From positions 408,749 through 472,748 of the forward strand of contig CAWJZV010000046.1 in assembly GCA_963847445.1 (NCBI GenBank): a stretch of DNA of 64,000 nt, in the 5' to 3' direction. A program made the position numbers and the translations under genes. Every line of letters begins with the position of its first letter. The first letter of the stretch is position 1. Positions 52,362 through 61,408 of the stretch are shown here, one piece after another. The notes under the pieces are model-generated. The model was not told where the DNA came from, did not search any database, and was given only the letters and a program-made list of their open reading frames with translations. Origin of the DNA: an uncultured delta proteobacterium. GTDB taxonomy: Bacteria; Desulfobacterota; Binatia; UBA9968.

Positions 52362-54431
52362 TCATGATTTTTTTTTGATGATGATATTCCGATACTCATC
52401 CACGGCGGCTTCTTGTTCGGGTTGAATTACCGTCGTGGTGTCCAATTGCTCGACGATGGCGGGCCCGGTGATCTGGTGGCCGGGCTCGAACAGGTCGCGG
52501 TTGTAGACCTGGGTGGTGAGCACACCATGCTCTTTGCCGAAATAAACTTTGCGTTCGCCGAGTTGCGCTGCTGCAATCTTTCGTCCCGTGACTTTGCCGG
52601 GAGACAGTTTGGCCTGTGGCACCAAGCCGAGGGAGATCAAGCGCAAGCTCACCAGCTCCACCGGTTCACTCTCGGCTTTATGGCCGGAATTCTGCTCGTG
52701 AATGGTGTCGAAACGGCCGCGCATGATGGTCAGATCATGCTGGGTGTATGGCGGCATCGGCGAGGGGACGGTGAGCTCGTAGCCCTGGCCGGCGTAGCGC
52801 AGATCGAGATAGGGCTCGATCTTGATCTCTTCGTCCGTGAAACCTTCGCTCATGAGATCGGCTTTAGCGCGCTCGATCAGCTGATAAAACATATGGTTGA
52901 TCTCGGTGAGATCTAAATCTTCCAGGCCCACCAGTTTGGAGCGCACATAGTCGTGTTTGACGTCTGACATCAGCAAGCCCAGCGCCGAATGGACGCCCGG
53001 GGTGAGCGGCACGAGCACCGATGGAATGCCCAAATCCAGCGCCATGCGACCGGCGTGCATCGGTCCGCCGCCGCCGAAGGCGACCAGGGTGAAGTCGCGG
53101 ATGTCGTAGCCGCGCGCCGATGACACCGCTTTGATCGCTTCTTCCATCTTGGCGTCGATGATTTTCAAGACGCCGTCGGCGGCTTCGAGGAGATCGAGCT
53201 TCAACGGCTTGGCTAACTTTTCCTCGAGGACGCGCTGCGCCTTCTGCTTGTCGAGCTTCATGCGGCCGCCTAGGAAATGATTGGGATCGAGGACGCCGCA
53301 GACCATATTGGCATCGGTGACGGTGATGTTTTCGCCGCCGCGGTCGTAGCACACCGGACCGGGATCGGCGCCGGCGCTGTCGGGGCCCACTTGCAAGCCG
53401 CCCACCGCGTCGATGCGCGCGATGGTGCCGCCGCCGGCGCTGACTGTGTGGATGTCGAGCATCGGCAGGGCGATGGGGCGCAGGTTAATTTTCCCTTGCG
53501 TGGTGATCACCGGATTGCCTTCGTGGATCAGCGCGACATCGCAGCTGGTGCCGCCCATGTCGAAGGTGATGATGTTGTCGATGCCGACCCGCTCGCAAGT
53601 GCCCATGGACGCGATGACGCCGCCGGCGGGGCCGGAGAGCACCGTCGCCACCGGTTTTTCCGCCGAGCCTTTGAAGGTCGACACACCGCCATTGGATTGC
53701 ATGATGTAGAGCTTGGGCGTGGTCACGCCCATCTCGCGCATGCGGTTCTCCAGGCGGCCCAGGTAGCTCGCCATGACCGGCTGGATGTAGCCGTTGATCA
53801 CCGTCGTGCTCAAGCGGTAGAACTCGCGAATCTGCGGCAGGACTTCATAGGACAGCGATAGCCGCGCTTCGGGAAACTCCTGGGCGAACAGCTCTTTGAT
53901 CTTGAGCTCGTGGTCGGGATTCAAAAACGAAAACAAACAGCACACCGCCACCGACTGCACGCCTTTTTTCTTGAGCCGGCGGATCGCTGCGCGCGATGCT
54001 TCGACGTCGATCGCTTTCAGCACGTTACCTTTGAAATCGACGCGCTCGGGAATCTCTTCGGTCAAATAGGGCGGCGCGAGCAAGCGCGGCTTCTCGAAAA
54101 ACAGATCGTAGGTCGCCGGGCCGTAGCCGCGGGTCTGTTCCATGACTTCGTAGATGCCGCGAAAGCCCTGGGTGACCATCAAGCCGGTCTTGGCGCCTTT
54201 TTCCTCGAGCAGCGCGTTGGTGCCGACGGTGGTGCCATGGCAGAAGAATGAAATATCGCCGGCGGCCACGCCCCGGTCGAGCAGTTCTTTGACGCCGTTC
54301 AAAACCGCTTGAAACGGCTCCTTCGGCGTCGACGGAACTTTGGTGATGGCGATCTCGCCGCTGTCTTCGTTGAAGAAAACAAAGTCGGAAAAAGTGCCGC
54401 CGGTGTCGACGGTAACGCGGTACTTGGACAT
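52362..54431 (-). CDS. hydantoinase/oxoprolinase family protein (HyuA-type, A subunit)
   Basis: RVTVDTGGTFSDFVF and DMGGTSCDVALI are the two ASKHA-fold phosphate motifs typical of HyuA. Confidence 0.85.
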   Translation of the reverse strand: MSKYRVTVDTGGTFSDFVFFNEDSGEIAITKVPSTPKEPFQAVLNGVKELLDRGVAAGDISFFCHGTTVGTNALLEEKGAKTGLMVTQGFRGIYEVMEQTRGYGPATYDLFFEKPRLLAPPYLTEEIPERVDFKGNVLKAIDVEASRAAIRRLKKKGVQSVAVCCLFSFLNPDHELKIKELFAQEFPEARLSLSYEVLPQIREFYRLSTTVINGYIQPVMASYLGRLENRMREMGVTTPKLYIMQSNGGVSTFKGSAEKPVATVLSGPAGGVIASMGTCERVGIDNIITFDMGGTSCDVALIHEGNPVITTQGKINLRPIALPMLDIHTVSAGGGTIARIDAVGGLQVGPDSAGADPGPVCYDRGGENITVTDANMVCGVLDPNHFLGGRMKLDKQKAQRVLEEKLAKPLKLDLLEAADGVLKIIDAKMEEAIKAVSSARGYDIRDFTLVAFGGGGPMHAGRMALDLGIPSVLVPLTPGVHSALGLLMSDVKHDYVRSKLVGLEDLDLTEINHMFYQLIERAKADLMSEGFTDEEIKIEPYLDLRYAGQGYELTVPSPMPPYTQHDLTIMRGRFDTIHEQNSGHKAESEPVELVSLRLISLGLVPQAKLSPGKVTGRKIAAAQLGERKVYFGKEHGVLTTQVYNRDLFEPGHQITGPAIVEQLDTTTVIQPEQEAAVDEYRNIIIKKKS

Positions 54432-54779
54432 GGTCCGTTTCGTCTACCATGGAATTTTCGCGCCTTCAATCGCGCGACGGAAACTGCACGGCGTTGCGCC
54501 AGCGCGTCGCGCGTTCTGGTCGGCGCCGGAGATTGGCGCGCGCAACTGCGCCAGCTCTTGTGCTTGTAACGAGTCTGTTTTACAGCTTGGGTCATCGTCC
54601 GGGCCGAGGAGAAGTGGCCGGCGCCAGCAATCACCGGACCGGCAACCAGGTCAGCCGCTCGGTGAGCGATGCGCTTTGGCTCAAATAAAAGATTCACCAC
54701 GAAGTGTTTCATGATCTTACGCTCGTCTACAGAAAATGAAAATGGCTGGGATTCCCTCCATAGGCGGTCTGCTTGACGC

Positions 54780-54855
54780 GTCATTCCCGCGCACGCGGGA
54801 ATCCAGGTTTGGTCTGCGCCCAATTAGCCTGGATACCCGCTTTCGCGGGTATGAC
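54780..54855. repeat. pair of REP-type hairpins (ATTCCCGCG..CGCGGGAAT and ATACCCGC..GCGGGTAT)
   Basis: Read directly. Translated, they give the SFPRTRESR / IPAFAGMT-type peptides that commonly appear as spurious ORFs. Confidence 0.7.
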
Positions 54856-54879
54856 GGAACCCCGGTGGTGGAGACCCTC

Positions 54880-55176
54880 CCCTTACATGTATTTTCTAAG
54901 AAGGCGAGCGATTATCTGCGCCGGCAAATGCGCGACGGGCGCATCTATGTCGGCTTCGACGTCGACGACGACGGTTTGGGCTTCGCCGTGCAAAAAGCCG
55001 GACCGGACGCGTTTATTTTTGGCAGCGACTTTCCCCACGAGGTTTTCAACGCCGAGAAATGCCGTCATGAGATCGACCAGCTGCTCGCGCGCGGCGATCT
55101 CGACAGCGCCGACAATGCGGCGGTGCTCGGTGGCAACGCGCGCCGGTTTTATCGGTTGGGCGCCAATGGCAGATAG
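54880..55176 (+). pseudogene. C-terminal remnant of an amidohydrolase (Amidohydro_2) gene
   Basis: FIFGSDFPHEV...AAVLGGNARRFY is the C-terminal metal-ligand and tail pattern. No N-terminal two-thirds exists upstream, where the REP hairpins lie. Confidence 0.55.
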
Positions 55177-55324
55177 TTTGTTGGCGTCTTGGCGGGAGTC
55201 AATCTCCTCTTCGGGTATTCCAGATCACCCGAAATTTTGCGCGCGCCGCGTCAGTGAGAGTGCTAGTAAGTATCGCTAGCGTGCGCAGCACAATCTTAAC
55301 AAGAGCGGAGCAACAAACACGACG

Positions 55325-56782
55325 ATGAATAACCAACAGCGCTTGCAAGCGGCACTCGACCTGCGGAGTTTTATTGACGAAGTTCGAGTCGCCGGAGAGC
55401 TAAAAGAGATCTCGGGGGCGCATTGGAATCTGGAAATCGGCGCGTTGACCGAGATCTTCGCCGAACAGACATCGACGCCGGCGCTGCTGTTCGACGCCAT
55501 TCCAGACTATCCCAAGGGCCGGCGCGTCTTGAGTAACTTGCTGTACTCTCCGCTGCGCCAGGCTCTGGCTTTGGCCATGGCGCCGGAGCTGCGCGGCATT
55601 CCCTTGGTGCAGGCGGTCAAGGCGCGGTTGGCCGAGCTCAAACCGCTGCCCCCGGTTGAAGTCGCCGGCGCGCCGGTCATGCAGAACATTATCGCCGGCG
55701 ATCGGGTCGACGTTCTTAAGTTTCCCGCGCCGCACTGGCATGAAAAAGACGGCGGCCGCTATATCGGCACTTTTGATGCCGTGATCAGCCGCGATCCCGA
55801 TAGCGGGTATGTCAATGTCGGCACCTACCGGGTGCAAGCGCATGACGACAAGACCGTCGGCTTGTGGATCATTCCCGGCAAGCATGGCAATTTGATCGGG
55901 CAAAAATATTGGAGCAAGGGGCAGGGCTGTCCGTTCTTGATCGCCTGCGGTGTGGCGCCGTCGATGCTGTTGGCGAGCGCCGTGGGCATTCCCTGGGGTG
56001 TGAGCGAGTATGATTTTCTCGGCGGCCTGTTGGGCGCGCCGGTGCCCATCGCCATCGGCAAACAGACCGGCTTGCCGATGCCGGCCAATGCTGAATTAGT
56101 TCTCGAAGGTTTCGCCCCTCCGCCGGAGAAGGTTTCCCGTCCTGAGGGACCATTCGGCGAGTGGCCGGGCTACTACGCATCCGGTACGGTGGATCGCCCG
56201 GTGGTGCAAGTTTCGACGGTCTATCATCGCGACGATCCGATCATCACCGGCGATCCGCCGTTCAAGACTTATCTCAACACCGATATCTACATGTATATCC
56301 GTTCGGCCAACATCTGGTCGGCGATGGAGCGCGGTGGCATCCCCGATATTCGCGGTGTGTGGTTTCCGCGCCAAGGCCGCTTCGTCGTCGCCGTGGCGAT
56401 CAAGCAACGCTATCCCGGCCATGCGCGCCAGGCGGCCCATGGCGTGCTGGCGACCCGCGACGGCGGACGCGACACGCGTATGGTCATCGTCGTCGACGAT
56501 GACATCGACATCACCAATTTGAACGAAGTGTTGTGGGCGGTGGCGTCGCGCTGGGATCCCAAGCGACAGTCGGAGATCGTCGAAGTGCCGGCGAGCGATT
56601 TGAACCCCACGCTGACGGCGCAGCAGCGGGCGGCAGGCGAGATGGTCAGCTCGTGCCAGATCATCGATGCCTGCCGGCCATTTGCGCGAAGAGATGAGTT
56701 TCCCCAGGTGAGCAGTGCAAGTCCGGAGTACAAAGCGAAGATCATGCAGCAGTGGGGCCATTTGTTTGGCCTGAAAGATTGA
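55325..56782 (+). CDS. UbiD family (prFMN-dependent) decarboxylase
   Basis: The length (485 aa) and segments RYIGTFDAVISRDPDSGYVNVGTYRVQ and GEWPGYY are typical of UbiD enzymes. Confidence 0.8.
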   Translation: MNNQQRLQAALDLRSFIDEVRVAGELKEISGAHWNLEIGALTEIFAEQTSTPALLFDAIPDYPKGRRVLSNLLYSPLRQALALAMAPELRGIPLVQAVKARLAELKPLPPVEVAGAPVMQNIIAGDRVDVLKFPAPHWHEKDGGRYIGTFDAVISRDPDSGYVNVGTYRVQAHDDKTVGLWIIPGKHGNLIGQKYWSKGQGCPFLIACGVAPSMLLASAVGIPWGVSEYDFLGGLLGAPVPIAIGKQTGLPMPANAELVLEGFAPPPEKVSRPEGPFGEWPGYYASGTVDRPVVQVSTVYHRDDPIITGDPPFKTYLNTDIYMYIRSANIWSAMERGGIPDIRGVWFPRQGRFVVAVAIKQRYPGHARQAAHGVLATRDGGRDTRMVIVVDDDIDITNLNEVLWAVASRWDPKRQSEIVEVPASDLNPTLTAQQRAAGEMVSSCQIIDACRPFARRDEFPQVSSASPEYKAKIMQQWGHLFGLKD

Positions 56783-56908
56783 ATCTCAACGGATCTGTCA
56801 CACCCTTGAGACGACAGAAAGTGTTTCTCCATTTGTCATTGCGAGCGTAGCGAGAAATCTCTTCGGTGTTTGCGCGAGTCAGTTACCGATCAGGTGAAGG
56901 GAATCAAA

Positions 56909-57625
56909 ATGATTACCAAAGAGGATGTTTTACAAGCGGTCGCCGAGTCATGGTGGGAAGCCACGCCGAGGATTATCGAGTTCGTCAACCATCATCTTAC
57001 CAAAGCAGGGGCGCGGATCTTTACGCCCGAGCATACCTATTTCGCGGCGCATTTTCCGCGCTGGTTCGGAAATGTCATCGCCAACTGCCCGGACATCGGG
57101 CCGCGCTCCTACATGATCGGCAACATTTATGTAGAGGAAGTCGACGATCCGACGATTCACGACACCCATCATGGCAGCATGGTGACTTTCGGCGAAGGCT
57201 TGGGCATGACGCGCGATGAGGTGCTCCATCATGTGCCGAGCATTCCGATGCGCATGGGCATTCACTACTGGGACAACATGAGCCGCACCCGGCCATGGCT
57301 CGAAGGCTTTGCCGCGGTGGGTTCGCTGGAACTTACCAATCACGGCGCGCTGGCGGCGCGCTACGGCGAGGTTGCGCTCAATGCTCGCAAAAAATGGCAG
57401 CCGCTGGGGCTCGATGCCAAATATCTCGTTCATTGGGAAGCGGCGGATGCCGCCGATCCAGGAGAGGGCGGCCATGCCGACGAGACCGCGCGCATACTCG
57501 TCCAGTATGCCAAGACCGATGACGAAGGCCGGCGCGTGCTCGAAGTGGTGCGCGAAAGCATCAGCGTGTTTCGCTTTATTTATGACCATATCGCCGAGCG
57601 GGCGATCGCGGCAGGAAAGAAATAG
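56909..57625 (+). CDS. heme-oxygenase-like (TenA/PqqC-type) iron-containing redox enzyme family protein
   Basis: It is all-helical with the pattern HFPRWFGNVIANCP...YVEEVDDP...HHGSMV...WEAADAAD, resembling this fold family. The assignment is by pattern only. Confidence 0.45.
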   Translation: MITKEDVLQAVAESWWEATPRIIEFVNHHLTKAGARIFTPEHTYFAAHFPRWFGNVIANCPDIGPRSYMIGNIYVEEVDDPTIHDTHHGSMVTFGEGLGMTRDEVLHHVPSIPMRMGIHYWDNMSRTRPWLEGFAAVGSLELTNHGALAARYGEVALNARKKWQPLGLDAKYLVHWEAADAADPGEGGHADETARILVQYAKTDDEGRRVLEVVRESISVFRFIYDHIAERAIAAGKK

Positions 57626-57692
57626 GGGTGGCCGCACCCTTCGACATGCTCCGGGTGACCGTTCTTCGCCACGAGTGCGAGACCACTTGGCA

Positions 57693-58469
57693 ATGCTCAT
57701 GATCGCAAATAACCCGATATCAAATCTGAACAGACCGCCGGTGCTCCTAGTGACCGGCGGGGATTCGGGCATCGGCCTTGGAATCGCGCGCAAGTTCGTC
57801 GAAGCAGATTATCGCGTGGCGATCGGCGGTCTGGACCGGCGCAAAGGGAGCCGGGTTGTGGCGACACTGCGGGCCCAGGGCGGCGACGCGGTCTATTTTC
57901 TTGCGGATGTGCGCAGCGAGTCGCAAATCCGCGCTCTGATCCGCCGCACCGTGCAGCGCTTTGGCCGCATCGATGTCCTGTGCAACAACGCCGGCATTCA
58001 GAAACTCGCGCCCATCGACAAGGCTTCGGCGGCGCAGTGGGACGATGTCATGGCGGTCAACGCGCGCGCGGCATTTCTCAGCAGCAAATATGGCTTGCCC
58101 CACCTCAAGTGGAGCAAGGGGACGATTATCAACATCGCTTCAACCGCCGGACTGGTTGGTTATGCCGGCGGCTTGGCCTACTGCGCGTCGAAAGCCGCAC
58201 TGGTGATGATGAGCAAGACCACCGCCCTGGAATTCGCGGCCTATGGCATTCGGGTGAACTGCATCTGCCCCGGCGCGACGCGCACGCCGTTGATTCCAAC
58301 CCACAAGATCAAGAACTTGCCCAAGCAGATTCCCCTCGGCCGGATCGGCGAGCCGAGTGACGTGGCGGAGTTGGCGTTGTTTCTCGCCTCGGAAAAAGCC
58401 CGGCAGATCACCGGCGGTGTCTACGTCATCGACGGCGGTAGCACGGCTGGGCGGGCAAGGTTGGCGTGA
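57693..58469 (+). CDS. SDR family oxidoreductase
   Basis: VTGGDSGIGLGIA (TGxxxGIG), NNAG, and the catalytic YCASKAA (YxxxK) are present. Confidence 0.9.
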   Translation: MLMIANNPISNLNRPPVLLVTGGDSGIGLGIARKFVEADYRVAIGGLDRRKGSRVVATLRAQGGDAVYFLADVRSESQIRALIRRTVQRFGRIDVLCNNAGIQKLAPIDKASAAQWDDVMAVNARAAFLSSKYGLPHLKWSKGTIINIASTAGLVGYAGGLAYCASKAALVMMSKTTALEFAAYGIRVNCICPGATRTPLIPTHKIKNLPKQIPLGRIGEPSDVAELALFLASEKARQITGGVYVIDGGSTAGRARLA

Positions 58470-58538
58470 GAAGAATTGGATGATTAACCGCAAAGGGCCT
58501 AGCCCGGCAGAGCCGCAATCAATGAAGAAACCGGGAAT

Positions 58539-58626
58539 TCACCGCAGAGGCGCGGAGTTCACAGAGTTCGGAATGTGTCTTTATCAAGAAATTCTTGACT
58601 CTGCGTTCTCGGCGTCTCGGCGGTGA
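58539..58626. repeat. long imperfect palindrome TCACCGCAGAGGCGCGGAGTTCACAGAGTTCGG ... GACTCTGCGTTCTCGGCGTCTCGGCGGTGA
   Basis: Both arms are read directly. Each arm is made of about three 8-9-nt sub-repeats (GCAGAGG / GCGGAG / ACAGAG). Confidence 0.7.
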
Positions 58627-58699
58627 GTCTTCCGAAAGTTTGCGCAGACGACGCAAATTCTTATGGATAGCAGTGCAAAGAACGCAAAAAAATTCCAGC

Positions 58700-58735
58700 G
58701 TAGGGGCGGGTTTGAAACCCGCCCTCTTGGTTTTC
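58700..58735 (+). repeat. REP-like element GTAGGGGCGGGTTTGAAACCCGCCCTCTTGGTTTTC (copy of 11278)
   Basis: It is near-identical to 11278-11313. The hairpin is GGGCGGGTTT..AAACCCGCCC. Confidence 0.75.
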
Positions 58736-58769
58736 GATCGCGGTAATTGGGAGAATCTGCCGGGTTATT

Positions 58770-58796
58770 GTCGGGGCGAAAAACTTTCGCCCCGAC
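58770..58796. terminator. perfect 12-bp hairpin GTCGGGGCGAAA-AAC-TTTCGCCCCGAC between the convergent SDR and BNR genes
   Basis: Read directly. It lies 22 nt beyond the minus-strand stop at 58818. The flanks are only weakly T-rich. Confidence 0.4.
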
Positions 58797-58817
58797 TTAC
58801 TTAATTGAAGCCGTGAA

Positions 58818-59897
58818 TTATGCCGCTTGCACCAGCGCCCGGTAATGTCCAGCCTTGGAGATCGGCGCCAATCCTTTGACGACGACCTTCCAGCTATCGC
58901 CGAGATCCTGGCTGCAGAGGATTTCGCCGGCGGTGGTCGCGGCGTAGATCTCGGTGGATGATCCCGCTTCTTCCAGACAGAACGCTTCGATGCTCGCTTG
59001 CAACCGGTCGGGGAGACCGTTCTTCAATATTTCCCAACTGCGGCCGCCATCTTTGCTGCGCGAGATGCGCGCGCCGGCGAAGTGGGTGTGACGCCAGGTG
59101 CCCGGCGCGTCGTGGGCGGCGGTCATGAAAAGTAGTTTCGCATCGCTGGGGCGAAAGACGAAGCCGTCGGGGTAGCCGCCGATTTCGTCTTCTCTTTTGG
59201 TCCACTGCTCCCAGCGCGCGCCGCGCTCCGGGCCGGTGTAGAGGCCGCGGCCGGTGACGGCGTATAGGAAGCTCGTGTCGGTTGGATGAATCATCAAGCG
59301 ATGCACGTCTTCGTAGAGGCCGGGAAATTCGTGCCAACTCTCGCCGCCGTCGGTGCTGCGCAACAAGCCGCCGACTTCGACCGATGCATAGATCGTATTC
59401 GGCTTGTCGGGATCGAAATTGATATGTTTGACATGGCCAACATGGGGCGGCGCCGGGAAGCTCCACTTGGGCACGCTCGGCACCGAACGCAGAGCGGGCA
59501 GTTCGCGCCATTTGAGACCCAAGTCTTCGCTGACGAAAAGATGCGCCGGCTCGGTGCCGGCGAAAAGGCGCACATGGCCGTGCATATTTTTCGCTGCCAG
59601 CGAGTAGACATTGTTTTGCGTCATGCCGTTGTTGCGCGCTTCCCAGCTTTTACCCTCGTCGGCGCTGACCATGACGCCGCCTTGAAACGCCCCGGCGAAG
59701 ACCAGGCCGCTCTCCGGTTCTTTCATGATCGCGCTGATATGTTTGTCGGTGACGGCGCGCTGGCCGATGCGCCATGGCGCGCCCGGTGCGTCACGCTCGA
59801 TGCTGACCGCGCCTTCGCGAGTGCCGACGAGGATTCGCTTTGAAGGTGTCGGCGATGAATATATGGTCGTGCCGCCGTGGGACAAACCGATGGTCAT
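58818..59897 (-). CDS. BNR/Asp-box repeat protein (sialidase-like beta-propeller fold)
   Basis: Three Asp-boxes are present (SADEGKSW, STDGGESW, SKDGGRSW). ATG 59897 is preceded by AGGAGG. Confidence 0.75.
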   Translation of the reverse strand: MTIGLSHGGTTIYSSPTPSKRILVGTREGAVSIERDAPGAPWRIGQRAVTDKHISAIMKEPESGLVFAGAFQGGVMVSADEGKSWEARNNGMTQNNVYSLAAKNMHGHVRLFAGTEPAHLFVSEDLGLKWRELPALRSVPSVPKWSFPAPPHVGHVKHINFDPDKPNTIYASVEVGGLLRSTDGGESWHEFPGLYEDVHRLMIHPTDTSFLYAVTGRGLYTGPERGARWEQWTKREDEIGGYPDGFVFRPSDAKLLFMTAAHDAPGTWRHTHFAGARISRSKDGGRSWEILKNGLPDRLQASIEAFCLEEAGSSTEIYAATTAGEILCSQDLGDSWKVVVKGLAPISKAGHYRALVQAA

Positions 59898-60081
59898 AGT
59901 TTTGTCCTCCTGATGATTGGTTCTTGCGGCGCAATGATGCCACAGACAGCGCCCACCATTCCACCGCGCTGTTTTTCTGTCAAGGCGATAACCGCGCGGT
60001 TGCGGGCGTTGGCATAGCCATTGTTTCAATGGCCGGATCAAATTCACTGCCCGTATCGGAGTAGGTTATCGGCTGAACGGC

Positions 60082-61197
60082 TTGACGGGAAGGTTAGCGA
60101 GCTATAAACGATTGATCTACGGCAAATGGCAATTGGCCGCTACACCGAACGGGATTGTCGGAGGATTTTTGCGACGCCTTGGGCTATCGATATGGATTAT
60201 TTGTTGGCTTGGCGCAGGGGCACAGGCGCAGAGCAACTTCTACGAAGACAAAACCATTCGCCTGGTCATCGGCTTTTCCGCCGGCGGCATCAGCGATCTG
60301 TGGGGGCGGGCGCTGTCGCGAGCGATGAGCCAGCATATTCCCGGCAAACCGCAGATCATTCTCCAAAACATGCCCGGCGCCGGTTCCCTGACGGCGGCGA
60401 ATTATCTCTATAGCGTCGCCAAACCGGACGGTTTGACCATGGGTTTTTTCACGCCAGGGCTGTTTTTCAATCAACTGATCGGTGCCAAGGAAGTGCAGTT
60501 CGATTGGGCCAAGTTCGTTTGGCTCGGCTCGCCGGAACAGACCCAGCGGATTATTTACATTCGCGGCGATTCGCCGTTTAAAACCATCGAGGACATGCGC
60601 GGCGCCGCCGAGGGGCCGCGCTGCGGCGCCACGGCGCTGGGCACGGTGGGACATTACTTCCCGCGCTTGGTTGAAGAAGCGTTAGGGGTGAAATTCAATC
60701 TCGTCCTCGGCTATCCCGGCGCGGCGGAAATCGATCTGGCGATTCAAAAGAACGAAGTGCAGTGCCGCGCCGGCAGTTTGGAAGGCTACTTCGGCAGCGA
60801 GCCGAGCAAGAGCTGGGCGAAGAACGGCTTTGCCCGGGTGCTGATCACCGGCGGCGCCAAGCGCGATGCGCGGATTGCCGACGTCGCGACGCTTCATGAA
60901 TTGATGGACAAACGCAAAGCGCCGGATGTCACGCGCCGATTGGCGACGGTCTTGCTTTCGCCGGACTACATCGGCCGGCCGCTGGCGACGACGCCGGGCG
61001 TGCCCGCCGACCGGGTGAAGCTCTTGCGCGACGCCTTCAACAAGGCGCTGACTGCGCCGGAGTTAGTCGCCGAAGCAAAGACCCGCGGTTGGGAACTCGA
61101 ACCGGTGACCGGCGAGGAATTGGAAACCATCGGCAAACGCGTCATGACCCAGCCAGCCGACGTGATCGAGCGCATGAAAAAGATATTGGGACAGTAG
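60082..61197 (+). CDS. Bug/TctC family substrate-binding protein (start uncertain)
   Basis: FYEDKTIRLVIGFSAGGISDLWGR and NMPGAGSLTAANY are present. It is collinear with 47048..48077. Confidence 0.8.
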   Translation: MTGRLASYKRLIYGKWQLAATPNGIVGGFLRRLGLSIWIICWLGAGAQAQSNFYEDKTIRLVIGFSAGGISDLWGRALSRAMSQHIPGKPQIILQNMPGAGSLTAANYLYSVAKPDGLTMGFFTPGLFFNQLIGAKEVQFDWAKFVWLGSPEQTQRIIYIRGDSPFKTIEDMRGAAEGPRCGATALGTVGHYFPRLVEEALGVKFNLVLGYPGAAEIDLAIQKNEVQCRAGSLEGYFGSEPSKSWAKNGFARVLITGGAKRDARIADVATLHELMDKRKAPDVTRRLATVLLSPDYIGRPLATTPGVPADRVKLLRDAFNKALTAPELVAEAKTRGWELEPVTGEELETIGKRVMTQPADVIERMKKILGQ

Positions 61198-61408
61198 GAA
61201 AAAGAATTTAACCACAAAGAGCACAAAGGGCACAAAAAGTAGATTGGCTCGAATGCGACGGCGCTCGGACGTCGCCTACTGAGTCGTTGAGCGCATGCAA
61301 AAATACGTCCAACCTGCGCGAAGAGTTGGCGATCCCTATCCGAGACGGCTTCTCACCTTTGCGATCTCTGTGCTACTTTGCGGTTAAATATCCGGAGGAA
61401 TTATTTCA

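Noticed and set aside
54299-55279. ORFs 54299-54823 (minus) and 54773-55279 (plus) as genes
   Set aside because: Their distinctive peptides (IPACAGMT, SFPRTRESR, IPAFAGMTE) are translations of REP hairpins. The remainder is low-complexity.
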